From: Haliotis rubra
Lineage: Eukaryota
Reading direction: 5' to 3'
DNA: 64,000 bases
Assembly: GCF_003918875.1 (NCBI RefSeq)
Contig: NW_025766003.1
Span: forward strand, 1,612,001 to 1,676,000
Shown here piece after piece: positions 1 to 13,960 of the stretch; the stretch's first letter is position 1, and each line of letters begins with the position of its first letter. A program made the position numbers and the translations under genes. Under the pieces are notes generated by a model. It was given only the letters and a program-made list of their open reading frames with translations. It did no database searches and was not told the DNA's origin.

Positions 1-376
1 ATTTCTCATGGCACATCTTCCCCCAGACAGAAAGGTCCCATGGTGATCTGCTGGGTAATTAGCATGGTTATGAAATTTGTGCCAACCGAGTTTAACTTTT
101 TCAGCTGTTTATAGTATGTTTGCCTTAATGTATAACTTGAAAGTTCTTTTCAATATCTTGTCCTGACTTGTCATCATCTCATGTTGGTGAAGTTTCTTTG
201 ACACGTCCCATTTGTATGTCTTCTGACATCAACATTCAATCTCTACTGGCCAGCTGGAATCAGCTTTATCAGTGTCAATGTGTGCATACTTGTACAACTG
301 GAAGGTCATGTCATGTAGCTCAGGGACCCATTGTTCTTCCAAGGACAGTCATGTGCTGATCAGACAAGAAAATGTG

Positions 377-732
377 GCTACAATGTGTGTCCAGCAATAA
401 AGGTTGGTTGTGTGCAGTGTGTGAACTATGATAGTGATTGGTTGTGTACGATATGTGGGCTATAATAAGGATTGGTTGTGCACAGTGTGTAAACTATGAT
501 AAAGATTGGTTGTGTACGATATGTAAGCTAAAGTAAGGACTGGGTGTGTACGATGTGTGACCTGCAATAAAAGATAAGGTGGGGACAATGTGTGACCTGC
601 AATAAAGATTGGGTGGAGACAATGTGTGACCTGCACTGAAGATTTGGTGTTTACAGTGTGTGACCTGTATTTATGATTGGGTGGTTACAATGTGTGACCT
701 GTAATTAAGATTGGCTGGGGACAATGTGTGAG
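377..732. repeat. Degenerate 34-bp minisatellite, about 10 copies
   Basis: ttggttg recurs at 404, 438, 472 and 506; unit like gattggttgtgtacgatgtgtgacctgcaataaa. Confidence 0.85.
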
Positions 733-2326
733 TTGCTTTCCTTTTCGTATGACAGAATCCACTAATTCTGGATCTGCACCCTGATTCACCTATGATCATG
801 ATGTTTGGGTTGTCAGCACCAGACTTGTACCACTGGGCTAAAAGCGGTAAGGCATCCTTGACCTTTCTGACAACAGGCTTTCTTCTCATATTAAGTTTGA
901 CCTGCCATGAGTCGGGGAAACTGTGCAAAGCAAAATTAGACCTAACTTGCTAGCTTACTAACTCATTTTTTCTAATCATTTACAGCTTACAATCTCCAAG
1001 ATGTGGTGAGGTAATTAGATTACGGGTTAAAGCATTTGCTCATCATGTTGAAAATGCAGACTCAATACTCTACATGGGTACAGTAAGTGCATAAATAGTT
1101 CCACTGCAGTATTGTCAAGAGCAGCCTAAAAGCCCCTTCACTTTCAACGTATCTGTCCACCTTTAACACTGCACAGCCTAACAACCTAGGTCCAAATCAG
1201 ATCAGACTCAGCAATTGGTTGTATGTGTTAAGCACATTGAAGAAGGGAAGATGGAAGTGTTAGGTGCAGCGTCCCTCCATTGTCTCCAGTTCGTGGCCAA
1301 GTCGCCAGGACACTAACCATGCATATGGCAATTGGATTGCTTGCTCTAATTGACTGCTTGTGAGCAAAACCCACAATGATTTCTTGTTTCATTAATCAGT
1401 GAAACTTTGTTACAGTCCTCAATGGATCACAGCACGGGCAAGAAACTTCATAATGAAACCCCCAGTAAACAGCTTAGAAGAGATTTGTATATTGGTTTAT
1501 TGGCACTGCAGTGTAATGGCATTGATCAGTTAGCAGCAGATTATCAGCTGTTTCCCATCCTGCTTAGTGTATGGCCAACTTTCGAGAATGTAAGGCGGAA
1601 AAATATTTTCGCTGTTGTGAAATGGGATGGAAAAAAACGAAACAGCTTTATTGGAGACAGCAACGGTGAAGTGTTTCCTCTCAGTAAATGAAGGAGATTA
1701 TTGCCTCGGTGATTGCTAAAGAATTCTTATCCATGACAGAGTATGTTTTTAGAGCTGGTTTGAATTAAATTAACACCTATGTTTCCAGTTATGTTTTTAT
1801 TTATGAGCACAGTATTATTTTTTATGGGGATTCTAATCCTGGTTGGTTTTTTGTCACTTTCAAATAGTTGAAGGTAACTAAAAGTTGATTGATATTGAGG
1901 TGTTTTTATTCACATTTTATCTTCTCCTGTATCCCCTAGGGTCATGAGGCTGTGCCACGTTATACTAATAGATGGCATGTACACTTACATTTTGTTTATT
2001 GGCAGTCAGGACTATTAAAAAACAACACAAGTAACTGAACTTTGTTTTCACTTGGCATACTTTTTGTCAAGAGAGTAGGCTGCCTCAAAGTGAAAGTTAC
2101 TAAAATATGGTACTTGATTTTACACTGACTTGTTGACCTAGTTTTCACTTGGCAGACGTTTTTGCCTGGAAAGTCATCTACCTCAAAGCAAAAGGTATTG
2201 AAAGATGGTACTTGATTTAACCATCACTTGTGCCTTGGATTTAGGGTTTTAAACAAGGAGTGGTCAGGGCTGAGAGTCATAAAAAGTGTTTGCGTGGGGT
2301 ATCCATGTTAAACTGCTGCCCTGGTA

Positions 2327-3004
2327 CCGGTGTAACAGGCCAGACTTTCCCCCTGGCCAAACCTTCCCCGGGGAAACTTTAGCCTAGGCCAAACTTTCCC
2401 CCCCAGGATAATTTTTCCACCCTTGAATCAACTTTAAAGGCTACTTGTTTCAAACCCTTTTTCTTATATCGAAAGAGGGAGATTCTCGCCAGGCTGCTAG
2501 GCCAGAATCTTCACCTGTTGAAATAAGAACAAGGGTGGGGAAGAAGTGACAGGGATTTACATGGACTCCTGCATTTGAGAGTCCCTGGGACTCAATTATC
2601 AGGGGTCCTGGACAACAAAATGTGGGTCCCAGACACTTAAATGTTATTATAATACTCATGATACTGTTATTGTATTGTGTATCATGATCATCACATTGTT
2701 ACAGTAATTCAATTGCAAATAATACCATAACCCAGCTAGTAGTAAACTCTGTGATAACTTATTGTCACTTGATTGGAATTTTTCTGAGTCCCTGTGGACG
2801 CGCTAATAAATTCTGTTGCATCCATTGTCCATTTTTATGCATGTAAATCCCTGAAGTGACCTAGCTAGGCCAGATTCTCCCCACTTTTCATAGAAAACAC
2901 AACAAAATATCCTAGTTTAAACAGGGGGGAAAGTTTGGCCCGGCCTAGGCCAGAGTCTCCCTAGGGAAAGTTTAGACCAGGGAAGAAATGGCCTGCTCCA
3001 CCGG
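2327..3004. mobile_element. MITE with CCGG termini and TA target duplication
   Basis: ta|ccggtgtaacaggcca ... tggcctgctccaccgg|ta, with imperfect inverted arms carrying repeated ggccaaactttcccc / ggggaaagtttggcc motifs. Confidence 0.75.
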
Positions 3005-5673
3005 TATGTCACACACATGCACAAACACATGCATGCACAGTGTCTCCTCGGTCAGCACTCATAAACCAGCATTAAACCTGATTTCGCTTCACACTCTTTT
3101 TGAAGCAAGCTTTTTTAGGAAGTTGACATGAATTACTGGAAGACCAAACATTTGTTCACAGTGTTCTTTTTTACAAAGCTATCAGTGGTATATCGTATTC
3201 TTTAGTGTGATATTTTCCACGTTTTTCACATTTGCATGGAGAAAAAAATATTTGTATCAAGCAAATTATTCATACTTGCTCTCAGGATCTGAAACCTAAT
3301 GAACAACATTTTTTATCATCGTAGCATATGTTCGCATTTGTTTTCCTCTCTGTTGACATATTGATTTTACTCACATTAAGATTTGTCAATGTCCAATTTG
3401 ACAATGTGAAGCATGTTTTCATGTTTCAACTCTCAAGTTGACACAGCTGAAGATTCTTGAAAGTAAATGCCTTTCTTTAAAAAAAAAGTTGTAAAATGTA
3501 CCACTTGTTTCCAAAGTGGAAGCAAGAGGGTTAAAAAGAGATATCAAAGCGCTTAACCGGAACACCCGGGAGAACCAGCTTCTTCTCCCAATCCATTCCA
3601 TTCCATTGTAATTAGGCGTTGACAGGATGTGGATTTAGTTAAGTGCTGCCGTCTAAGACTTGGATGCCATGTGACAAATATAGAGGATCATTGTAATCTT
3701 TACCATTCTGTTTTCACAGCTAGGTGGCCAGGCAGCAAATCAGAATTGTTGTTTCTGTGTCAGTGGTATTTGTCCGTTCTTCCTTCACAGGAGATATTGA
3801 AAGATAAAACCTTGGTTCAGTCTATTTTTGCAAGGTGTTTTCTTATACCTTTCACTGATTTGAAAGACACTTCTTTCTACTTCAGTGTCATGAAGGGTTT
3901 TCGTAAAACAAATTAAGCATAGTGTCAGGAAGTTTTTGTCAAAATGTTCCAAAGATGTTTGCGTGGTGAGCTTTGATACTCTCTCCAGTATAAAATATGT
4001 TTTTGATTGTATCTCCAGTTTGTTGAAAGAAAATAGTATGAGGTGTTCTTGTGAGTTGAAAAGCTGACTTCAGATAGATATCATAATTGACTTTACAAAG
4101 TATTTAGAGCTGGTATCTTGGCTTGTACCACGCCTAGGGCAATGTTGACACTCTGTAAACCAGGAAGTTTGGGATTGTGGGAGAGTGTGTTGCAGTCTTG
4201 GATTGGAACCAGCAACTGACCTTTTACAATTGTGATCTTCATGTGAATCTTTATTTTGCGTCTCAATATTGAAAGATATTGATATCTCATTAATTACATA
4301 CTGAATTATTTTTATACTGTGATGTTTAAATGTTTATAAGAACAAAGCATGTTTCAATTTGTTTATAACGTAGTTTTATTTTATTTTATTTCTGCCAACT
4401 GCTAACGATGTGCTCAGTTGTTGGAGAAGTGTATGACCACTTTTATTGATCATGGTGTCACTACAGCTGAGGATATGTCATGCGCTTGACAGAACTGGAA
4501 AATTACTGATGTCTTTTGTATTTCAAGATGTCAGTAAGGTCAACATTGTGACCTTTCAGTTTGGGGGTGTTATTGAATATTTTTCTGCTTAGAATTTTAT
4601 CACTGGATAATTCCTTCGTAAGGTATTAAAAAGGGGAAGCATCCCATACATGTTAATAATATTTTCTAATATTGTACACTTTAATATTTAATTTGCAAGA
4701 ACAAACTGCAAAAGAGAGACTTGTTTCTATGTTGACATGCTAATAACATATTAATTTATAGCAATCTTTGATATTGTTCATGTACTTATTTATGATCACA
4801 TTCTCCATAATCTTAGCACTCTGAATGCATTGAAAAATGCTGATCTCAATACCTGAGTGCATTGTGAAACCATACTCAACTTATATATCTTGTCAGATGA
4901 AGAGGTAAAGGTCAGAGTTAATTCAAACATTGATGTAGCTAAAATATTTTTTACAATAGTTAAAAATCAATTAGGTATGATTTTTCACGTCTATGTATTC
5001 TGTACAAAAGCTGTAACATACATAATCAGATAGAGACTGTTATGTAAATTTTGGTCAAGGGCAAGTTGGTTAGGAATATGGCCGTGCATTGCTATTTTTA
5101 AGTTAGAGCAGCAAAATATTTGTTAGGTTTTGCATTATCTGATGGCCTTAATCTGCCAAATTGGCATGCTTAAATTCACAATTTCAACTTTTGATGAAGA
5201 TGGATGTCTTAGCAGGAAAAATGATTTATCCACTAGCAAGATGTTTTTGTGCTTATCAAATTGAGAATGGTATTGAATTTCCAGGCATTTATTCATGTAC
5301 AGCAATATTATTAATCTTTGGAACATCGTTATAAATCATTATTAGTACAGGTTCCACTTTAGAATTAGTTTCCATATTGAAGATGCATGGCCTAGAACCA
5401 TATATCTTACACTGAAGTGAAAGGCAAGTCAGGTGAATGAAGTAAATGTGTATCAATCCATACCATGAACTAGGCAAATAGAGTGTGTATAAGTGCTTCT
5501 CTATCATGATAGACTTGACCACACTGTGTAAGATATAAGACTTTTATTGATACCAGATTAGATCAGTCTCAGAAAGTAATACTTAATTGCCTAAGTTGGG
5601 AAATTTGGTTGTACGGTTTAAGGCTTATAGTCACATGTTACATGAGTACAGACATACATACAGGTTATCATGA

Positions 5674-5835
5674 GTGAGTGAGTATGGTTTTATGCTACTT
5701 TTAGCAATATTCCAGCAATATCATGGCTGGGGACACCAGAAATGGGCTTCACACATTGTACCCATGTTGCGAATCGAACCCTAGTCTTCAGCGTGACAAG
5801 CGAACGCTTTGACCACTAGGCCACCCCACTGCCTC
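5674..5835 (-). mobile_element. SINE family A (tRNA-Asp-like head, ACTC tail)
   Basis: Reverse complement of the family A consensus; imperfect TSD caggttatcatga / cagggtaacatga. Confidence 0.9.
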
Positions 5836-5957
5836 CAGGGTAACATGAAATGAAACAAGGCATAAATGAGCACACTGACAATAGAACTACGCAGTACTAA
5901 AGTGAAAAATTAGAGATGCAGAAAAACATTATGAATTAAGTGTATGACTTTTCATTT

Positions 5958-6669
5958 TCATTAAAATCCTATCTTAATTCCTGCTTCCACCAAACAAAGA
6001 TCTGACAACATCTGACTCCATGTCCCGCCAAAATAATCTTACATCCAATGGGGCGGCGGAGTAGCCTAATAGTTCATGTGTCGGCTCGTCACCCTGAAGA
6101 CCCGGGTTCGATTTCCCTCATAGGTACAATGTGTTGGATATTGCTGGAATATTACTAAAAGTGGTGTAAAACTATACTCACTAACCCACTCTTACATGCA
6201 ACCAATCAAAAGCATCACAGTCGCAATGTGTTTTATAACAATGCAAGATCAAAATGATTAACACTATGGTGTTCTGAAGACAGTTACTGGTTGTTTAACT
6301 GATTCCATTAATACCATTGTCCATTTCTTGCTTCAGTGAGATAAACATTTGAAACAGAAGAGACATTCTAGTCCAGTGAAAGCACTGCCATATTCCCTCG
6401 ACCATCTGTGAGAAATAGCAAATATTTTCGTTCAGTTTTCAAATTTTGAATCAATATATAATTCAAAAGTGTATTCTTGAATGGAAGTTGTTGGTTTGAA
6501 ACAAGTGTGATAGAGATTGAGATTGCTACTTTCTGATTGATTGATGTCAACTGATTAGTCATTTCATTGGTCGGTCAGAGCAAGAGAAAGATCATTCTGA
6601 CATGACCCATAATAGAATGTTGTCAGATCTCTTTTTAGCCGTAACAAGAACTAAGATCAGATTTTAATG
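5958..6669. mobile_element. Old non-autonomous DNA element with ~55-bp inverted ends; contains an internally deleted SINE A at 6050-6190
   Basis: cattaaaatc...agatctgacaaca (5958-6010) is the reverse complement of tgttgtcagatct...gattttaatga (6618-6669). The nested SINE is flanked by tcttacatccaa / tcttacatgcaa. Confidence 0.6.
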
Positions 6670-7514
6670 AGATGGATGACTTCTTCAAAGTTAACCAAAA
6701 CATGATTAACGGAAGGCCAAATACGAAAGATGCTGACATGAAAAAAAACTAATTCAAAATTGAAAACCTACTTGTGATAAAAGAGTAAGACTTCTGAAAA
6801 TAAAGGTCTACTTGTAGCCCCTGAAACTTTCAAAGAAATAAAAAAAAGTTGTTGTCCATAAAAGTTTAATGTCATCATGTTCTTCCAACTTCTAAATGCC
6901 TGTTGAAAAGTTTGCACCATGTGATTAATTCCATGTAAAGTACCAGACCATATGATGAACATCTATGCTGTACAGTACTGTTATAAGTAAAGGGTAGCAG
7001 TCTGAACACAGTATCGCTAATGCCAAGGAATTTTATGGAAGAGAAATAGTACTTTGAAGGTATGCCAGCGGGTTCATGCAATTGGAAATTGCAGTAAAGA
7101 ATTCCTATCTTCCACACCATGGTCCAATAGTAATGTGTTCATGTTGCCAGACATTTTAATATTCTTCCTATCTCCTTCCCCCGTGATTCTCCCTATATCT
7201 CCTCTGTGATTGAGGAGAGCACAAGCCACTATTTCTGATGGTGCCTGTGATACTGTAACTATCTCTGGTTCAGTGAGTTTCATCAATTTCTCTCAAATTT
7301 CATGAGATGGTATAAATAATAGCTTTTTATAAGTATGTCCAATGTCTTATGTCATTTATCACTTTTTCCATATTCAGTAATGTTGCATTTTATGTTATGT
7401 GGTAGGATCTGACTCAATGGTTGTGGGCGGATACTGCTCATTATCACTATGAATGTGTCATCCTTTAGCTGTCACCATGTACTCTGACATTTCCAACTTC
7501 TGTATTGCCCCCTA

Positions 7515-7824
7515 GGCATGGTTGACACATGTCATCGTATGTAAATTGCATACATCGATGCTCTTGCTGTTGATCACAGGATTGTCTGCTCTAGTCAAAG
7601 TACAGTGACTATGTGTCCCAGTCCACCCAGCTGTGAATGGGTACCTCGTAAGGATGGGAAAGCAACACTAACTCGGTGAGCCTAGTGGCTGCAAGAGTTG
7701 TATGATCCCCAGGGAGTTGAGATTGATAATACGACGTGCCGTTGAGACTGACATCCAGTGATTGAGGTAAAAAACAAAGCGCCTATGAGCAGCTGAGCTG
7801 GATATCAGCACTATACAAATGTAC

Positions 7825-7856
<32 letters not shown>

Positions 7857-7915
7857 GCCACCATATACATATAGCTGAAATATTGTTGATTGCGACGTTA
7901 AACAACTAACCAACA
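7515..7915 (+). mobile_element. Family C fragment interrupted by a 5'-truncated family E-related SINE with (GTCT)n tail (about 7597-7856)
   Basis: C body (ggttgacacatgtcatcg...) stops near 7596 and resumes as catatagctgaaatattg...gacgttaaac. The insert shares cacccagctgt.aatgggtacc and atccccagggagttgag with 15765-16282. Confidence 0.75.
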
Positions 7916-8427
7916 ATTAAAATTACTGCAGCTGTGCTCACACTTAAGTACTTTCAATATTGTTTAGTTCATAGATATCCTAATTTTCTAATAATGTGTG
8001 ATGACGTCATATAGGCGAGGATAAAGTAGTAACTTCATAAATTCTAGCTATGAAAGAAGTGTTTTTGTCTTGAGAAGGCTTTGGTGACCCTACTCACATA
8101 AGACCCAGTCGGTAGCTGAGCAGAGATAAGCAGTGTATTTTTATGCTTTTATGTCCCTATAATGTACATTGTCTGTGTCTCTTAATGTCCTTGCAACACT
8201 GCATACAGCCAAGAATGGGCATTTGTGGTAAGTGTATTGTCTGTGGTATATCCGTCAGGAGGGGTATTAAACGCCTAATTGAAATGATCTCTCACTCATA
8301 TATAGAGTCTCCAAGAAACAGAGCAATGGAAGGTGAAACATCTGGGAAGGAGTTTGTTCAACATGGCTGTGACTGGAACAGCAAACCAGAGTAGACCTGA
8401 AAATATAAGTTGGCACTGATGACCCTG

Positions 8428-8631
8428 TAGTCTGTCTCACAGTCCCTGAACCACATTAATTTCCCTACTGCCAAGCCCTCTCTGCAGTGCTAAAGCCCTA
8501 AATGAAGCAAGTGTAGATTTCCTCAGGTTCAGGTTCTGAATCTCTGGTCTCCCTAGGGCTCCTTTTCAATATAAATGGGCTTGTTTGTTACTATCAAAAT
8601 TATATGTATTCAGAGACTAAGCCTTAGTCTA
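8428..8631 (+). mobile_element. Family D non-autonomous DNA transposon, short form (TAG..CTA, 9-bp TSD)
   Basis: tagtctgtctcacag...agactaagccttagtcta; flanks atgaccctg / gtggccctg (7 of 9 match); homologous to 39769-40426 and 47175-47379. Confidence 0.85.
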
Positions 8632-9230
8632 GTGGCCCTGTTGTCTCTGGTCTTTTGCAGTAGGCATCTCAAAATCTGTAGTTCGTGGTCTTTTACTCCA
8701 GGTTCGTAATTGCTGTGATTCTTGTAAGGGCCCCGTGCTCTGGGGTTTCACCAAAGGTTAAAACATCTGTGACCTTTCATTTCTGGCTTTTCTCCAACAT
8801 TTGGCTTTCACAAAGTCAGCGAGTGACAAGGCTTGATCACTCTATTTTACTTTACTTGTAGGGCATGATGTATTTGAGACCACTCTGATCTTGAATCTCT
8901 ACTCTACAACCATGGGTGACAGAATATGTCAGAGTTCTTTGTTCATGTCATTACATTTTTCTATATTTTCAACATCCTCTTTAAATGATATAAGAACTCT
9001 TCAAAGCTGTTATGCCAGGAATTGTTGCCTGAAAGAAAGAACATATTTCTGACTATACACATCTGGCAGCAGATGTATGTACAGACTTAACACTCACAAA
9101 CGTTCTTCAGCACACTATCAAGAGTTATGCTGGACAAAGTTTGCTTTTTTTATTGGGAGTGGCATTTAACATTAAAGATGTTTCTATCGTCCTACAGTAG
9201 TTGGGATTAACCTTGCTTACCAAAGATTGA

Positions 9231-9380
9231 TAACCCATGCTTGTCGTAAGAGGCAACTAATGGTATCGGGTGGTCAGGCTTGCTGACTTGGTTGACACAT
9301 GTCATCGGTTCCCAGTTGCATAGATCAATACTCATGCTGTTGATCACTGGATTGTCAAGTAAAACTCAACTCACTCACTC
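9231..9380 (+). mobile_element. Family C retroposon, 5'-truncated with internal deletion
   Basis: Perfect 12-bp TSD accaaagattga; starts at taacccatgc; (ACTC)n tail. Confidence 0.88.
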
Positions 9381-9789
9381 ACCAAAGATTGAATTCATTG
9401 ATGCATCTGTTTCACATCTATAATGACTGATCTTCAGTTGGGACATATTTCCGTGTTATATAAGGAATCCCATATGGACGTTTTTGATGTCTGAAAAGCT
9501 AAATCCTAATTATTCTGCACAGAGTTAACAGGATTTGCAAAGACGAGTTTGTCAATATCAGAATGTAATTGTTAAAGCTGGAATTGAACCTTGAGAAATT
9601 GACAATTTCATTAGGTGTGATGAGGACATTTTTAGTAATCTGTCTCATCAGAAGCTTCTTCTGCAAGAGATCAGATCTGCAGCTTTAGTTTTCTTAGTTC
9701 GTTGAAAATGGCAAATTTTAAATAAATGTTTTCAGCTTTCAACTGCTTTACAGATAGTGCTGCAACAGAAAATGTTTCTTACACAACAC

Positions 9790-10226
9790 TGAGCAATATT
9801 CCAGTTGTCTAACAGCTATGGTCGAAGCTGTGTCAAACAAACCAGTGATCACTGTTGGAAACAAAGGTCCCCATCATCATACAACGACATGCAATCAACC
9901 AAGTCTTACAGCTAGACCACCCAACCCATTTACTTGCCTCTTACATCAAAGCATAGGTTGAACCTACAAGAATAGACCACATCTAACTATGAATCTGTGC
10001 CATGGTTAGAATTTGTCTTCAGTAACCCATGCTTGTAAGAGGTGACTAACAGGATCAGGCGGTCAGGCTCGCTGACTTGGTTGACACATGTCATCGTATC
10101 CCAGTTGCGTAGATCGATGTTTGTGCTATTTATCACTGGATTGTCTGGTCCAGATTTAATTATTTACAGACTGCCACCATATAGCTGGAATATTGCTGAG
10201 TGTGGCATAAAACTAAGCTCACTCAC
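9790..10226. mobile_element. Head-to-head pair of family C copies (decayed minus copy ~9790-9995; plus copy ~10003-10226)
   Basis: gcaatattccag...gaccaccca...gcctcttac on the minus strand, then ggttagaatttgtcttcagtaacccatgc...gctggaatattgctgag on plus. Confidence 0.78.
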
Positions 10227-12673
10227 GTAATCACCCAGTGCCATATATGATTTTTTGTTGAAAAAGGATACAATGTTGAGAGAAATGTCATCATTCAAAC
10301 ATTTGAGTATAATTTCATGTGATACAGGGGCTGAGATGCTGAACTGCCTGAACTATTCAAGAATTATCCAAGAATTATCCAAGAATAAGTGTTTAGTGAC
10401 TATTATACCTTATTTGAGTAATGAACCTTGATGTACATACCTTAAGTTAATGTAGATTTTATTTCCAGAAAACATTGGCAACTCTGTTAAACAAGGATGT
10501 TTCTTCAGTTGATATGTGCAGTTACTCTAACCTGAAAATACTAGAGGACATAGATAATCATTATGATAATTTTGGATAATAGGAATTATTTTTTATTTGT
10601 TTCCAGACATTTTGTCCATGATATAGGCAACAAGTCTACTTTGCATTTTATCAGGGTATCAGAATAGTATTGATATTTGAGTTAAGGTATCCCCTTGTAT
10701 CTATTCTGGAACAAATTGTAGTTTCTGAAATGAGGATATTTAAATTAAATTTTGTTTAATTTTATTTTCGTATTGTGGAATTGAAGAAACTGAATATAAA
10801 TAAAAGCTATGAAGCCCTCAAGGAACTTATGTCACCATAATTTCGTTTAATCGGTTATGTATGATTTCTGGTTTTGGAATCAGGATCAAATTAGTTGTCA
10901 TGTTTTCAGCCCTATGCATGTCATTGACTGGATAAATGCCTTTGGGATTATGATATATAAAATGTTAACAATTGAAATCCAGATGTATTCAATTACTGTT
11001 GTTGGAGATGCACTGAGATGTAATTTGTTCTTAAATTGGGCATTATCAAATTTCAAACCAAGATTGAATCTGATAAGCATCAACTCATGTGATAAATAGG
11101 CTGTTTGAAGAAGAATTTAAATTGAGGGTTTTAATCATTTTGAATTATCACTTATTGGTTGTTGTTTGCTTAATTGCAACTGTCAGCCGTTTCATGCATT
11201 GCTGCATTAACCATTTTCTTAATATGGTTTCAAACAAAGGCTGGAAATAGCCAAGGCAGACAATAATTCTAATTTTCCTGATTGTTTTAAATTTTGAAAT
11301 GATTTTGTAGAAGATTCATACCACATCATGCATATGTTGCCTTATTGTTTTAGAGTGGAAAAATGTAAAGTGGTAAGCCAACTTTTGGTAGCAGCCATTT
11401 CAAGACATGATGTCATGAATAGTTTTATTCCATATTTGAAATCATAATCAGTATGATTAGCAAACACACTCTTCACTGTGCTGCATCAAGTCTTCTTTCG
11501 GGGAGTGGAATTTGTGTTATTTGTAAATTGAAAGCCATGAGAGATGCTGTAATTTGCTGGTTGTATCTTTTGTGAACAAACAATTAAAGAATAAAAGGCC
11601 TAATTTGTCAGCCCTGTTTACTGTGTCAATTCCATTTAAAATATTCATGGTAGTTGGATTCACAGGGAGGCCACTTGTTCTTGAATGGTAGTCAGTGTTG
11701 TAGTAGTGGGCCTCTCCTTCTCTGATGGCGCCCAGATCTGACAAGGTGGGCACCAGGGCCTCTTTGTGTCTCTACATCAGTTCCAATGATAATGATCAGG
11801 ACCATTCCATTGAAACTGGTCAGCTCAACCTGGGAGTAGAGTGTCTTGACCATGGTGCTGATGTTGCCCTTGAGAGCCAGTGATTGCTCACATCCACTCT
11901 CTCAGATAATGATGATGCATGTTTTTTTGTACTGGTAGTGTTTACACTCTCAGAAGAAAGCAACTTACTCATGTTTCTGTTGCTTCTGTGTCAAAACTTT
12001 GATAATAACGGAATGTTCATGATGTCTGTTATTGCTGTCTTGTTGGATGACAAGGTGTTCCTGTTGTCAGCTCAACACATTTTATTTCAGCTCCACTTTG
12101 ACTCCCCTTGATGGTACCCCCACAATTTATACAGCAGACCCTGACATCGAAAGTGCCATAATTCACAATACAGAGTTACATCCCTTGAAATTGTTCCTAA
12201 TATAGTCAAGAGATCCCTGTCATTACACTGATATCAGAGACTGACGATTAATGGAGGACTAGATATTGGTACCACCTTTAGTTTATAGCATGAAACCTAT
12301 GATCCAAGATTGCTCTGATCACTGGTTTGGTTTGTCAGTACCAGGCCATGTTGGATGATTACACCAAGTGCTAAACGTCTTAGATCTGCAAGATTTTGCA
12401 CATTACATCGACAGACCATGATGAAAAATACTGACCAAGCTTCATTAAACCCAACCCACTCTCTCACTTTCTGTGCCAGGTAGATGGTCAATGAAGAGCA
12501 TGTGTTTTGTGTATATGTATTTGGTGACACTCTAACTAATTATCATGCTTATCTTTACAGGTAAGTGTTCAAAGAACGAACCGCTTCAGCCATAGCAGTC
12601 TCTTGATTGTCAGTTCATTATTAAGGTAGGTTAAATTACAAGACAACTTCTTTTCCTGCTGCTTTCGAAAGAT

Positions 12674-12835
12674 TGGGGTAGTCCTGTGGTTAAGGTGTTC
12701 GCCTTTCACGCCAAAGACCTGGGTTCGGTTCCCCACATGGGCACAATGTGTGAAGCCCGTTTCTGGTGTTCCCCGCCGTGATATTGCTGGATTATTGCTA
12801 AAAGCGGCATAAAGCTAAACTCACTCACTCACTCA
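12674..12835 (+). mobile_element. SINE family A
   Basis: A/B-box-like head (gggttcggttccc), family body, (ACTC)n tail. Confidence 0.88.
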
Positions 12836-12949
12836 TAAGAGCCATATGCTTCATGGTGTAGGTGTTCTTAATGTACACATTAGGGATATCATATTTACCT
12901 CAATACATACTGCAATATCTTGTGCTGTTTCCAGGCTGTGATTGATAAC

Positions 12950-13166
12950 CAGTAACCCATGTTTGTCATAAGAAGCGACTATCGGGATTGGGTGGTCAGG
13001 CTCGCTCACTTGGTTGACACATGTCATCGGTTCCCACTTGCACAGATCGATGCTCATGCTGTTGATCACTGGATTGTCTGGTCCAGACTCGATTATTTAC
13101 AGACCGCCGCTATATAGCTGGAATATTGCTGAGTGCAGCGTAAAACTAAACTCACTCACTTACTCA
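12950..13166 (+). mobile_element. Family C retroposon, 5'-truncated
   Basis: Starts cagtaacccatg; full body and shared tail gctggaatattgctgagtgcagcgtaaaactaaactcactc. Confidence 0.9.
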
Positions 13167-13960
13167 CCAGACAGTGTGGATTGTTGCTCACAATATGAGT
13201 CACTGGTTTGTCTGGTCCAGACATTAATGTCTTAGAAACTCTTAACTCTTTACCTGGAATGTATTTCAGTTTGAAAGAGTTTTTGGTTTTCTTTTAGCTG
13301 TGTTACTTTTATAAGTATTATTCAGATTATCTGTCTTTTTGTGGGTCTGGTTTCAGACCAGAGCTATATATCTCAACACATCAATGTCTCTGTGTCCATT
13401 TGTCTCCGTCTTTTTTCGACCCGATTCAACAAAGACAGATGCACTTCACTAAAATACTCTCCCTCTCTCTCTTAATTTGAAGTGTATGTGGGCTTCAGAT
13501 GGGTGCCTTTGGCGTTCTAACATGAAAACCTTTTTCACATAAAATTTAAACAAATGCTTCACTTTTTATAAAAATTCTGTTAAAATATTTTTGTGCTCTT
13601 TTCACGATGTTGCTGAATTGTCTGCTTTGTCATTCCCCACGAGAAAAGCACACCAGTCTGAGAGAGAAAAAGGCATGAACTAATGCTATTCTTTTTTTAA
13701 CTTAAAATTTATACAAATTAAAAAAGAATTAGTTTGAATTCTGTTCAGCCATTTTTGTGTTCTTTTCACAAGTTTTGGTGACATTTCTTATTTTCATTCC
13801 CCATGAGAGATGCCCAGGAGTTTGAGGGGGTGTGGACATTAAAACAGCAAAAAGCTACCCTGATCTGTCTTGACAAAATGATCTGTTTACTGCACAGAAT
13901 ATGTATCATCCTGCAAGATCAGCATCACCATTATCAGTACTCATCTTCAGTTTTTAATTA

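Noticed and set aside
6768-7286. Three overlapping minus-strand ORFs suggesting a nested gene or pseudogene
   Set aside because: No recognisable domain or consistent splice signals.
11700-12110. Minus-strand VLIIIIGTDV resembling a LINE ORF1 SGNH esterase motif
   Set aside because: Single short motif among many stops; too weak to call.
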